Shown piece by piece: positions 63,870 to 64,000 of a stretch of 64,000 nt of DNA (the stretch's first letter is position 1; each line of letters starts with the position of its first letter). The DNA comes from Lama glama (taxonomy: Eukaryota). The position numbers and the translations under genes are program-made. The DNA lies in assembly GCA_028534125.1 (NCBI GenBank), contig CM052818.1, forward strand, positions 622,001 to 686,000, read 5' to 3'. Under the pieces are notes generated by a model, which saw only the letters and a program-made list of their open reading frames with translations, was not told the DNA's origin and searched no databases.

Positions 63870-64000
63870 GTCCAGACAAGTGTTACATTCTCTGAGCCTT
63901 AGTTTCTACATTTGCAAGGCTGGGGATGAAAATGCTCTCTTGGCAGGCCTGTTGAGAGAGTTAAATAAGAGAAGGTGTGTGTAACACCAAGCCCATCGCT
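63870..64000. mobile_element. MIR SINE fragment
   Basis: gacaagtgttacattctctgagccttagtttctacatttgcaa...ggggatgaaaat...ttgagagagttaaataaga. Confidence 0.6.

Overview
Mammalian genomic DNA, most likely camelid (inferred from a tRNA-derived SINE resembling Vic-1 and from shared young L1 3' ends). The window holds the TET3-BOLA3-MOB1A syntenic block. It contains the last four coding exons and ~6 kb 3' UTR of TET3 (+), the complete four-exon BOLA3 gene (-, 110 aa) with its CpG-island promoter, and the last two coding exons and ~3.6 kb 3' UTR of MOB1A (-). MOB1A runs into a gap of exactly 500 N (52704-53203), and no further MOB1A exon is visible in the 10.8 kb after it. Beyond the gap are an L1 and a fused pair of intronless, decayed retrocopies (NECAP1 joined directly to TAF13) that the ORF track misses. 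Other points of interest are a dense miR-29/miR-26/let-7 seed array in the TET3 3' UTR, a CpG-island promoter-like element at ~26.2-26.8 kb with no gene assigned, and a repeated Trp motif in the TET3 low-complexity insert. I found no credible novel protein-coding gene or prokaryote-type system. Repeat family names and boundaries are from visual recognition and are approximate.
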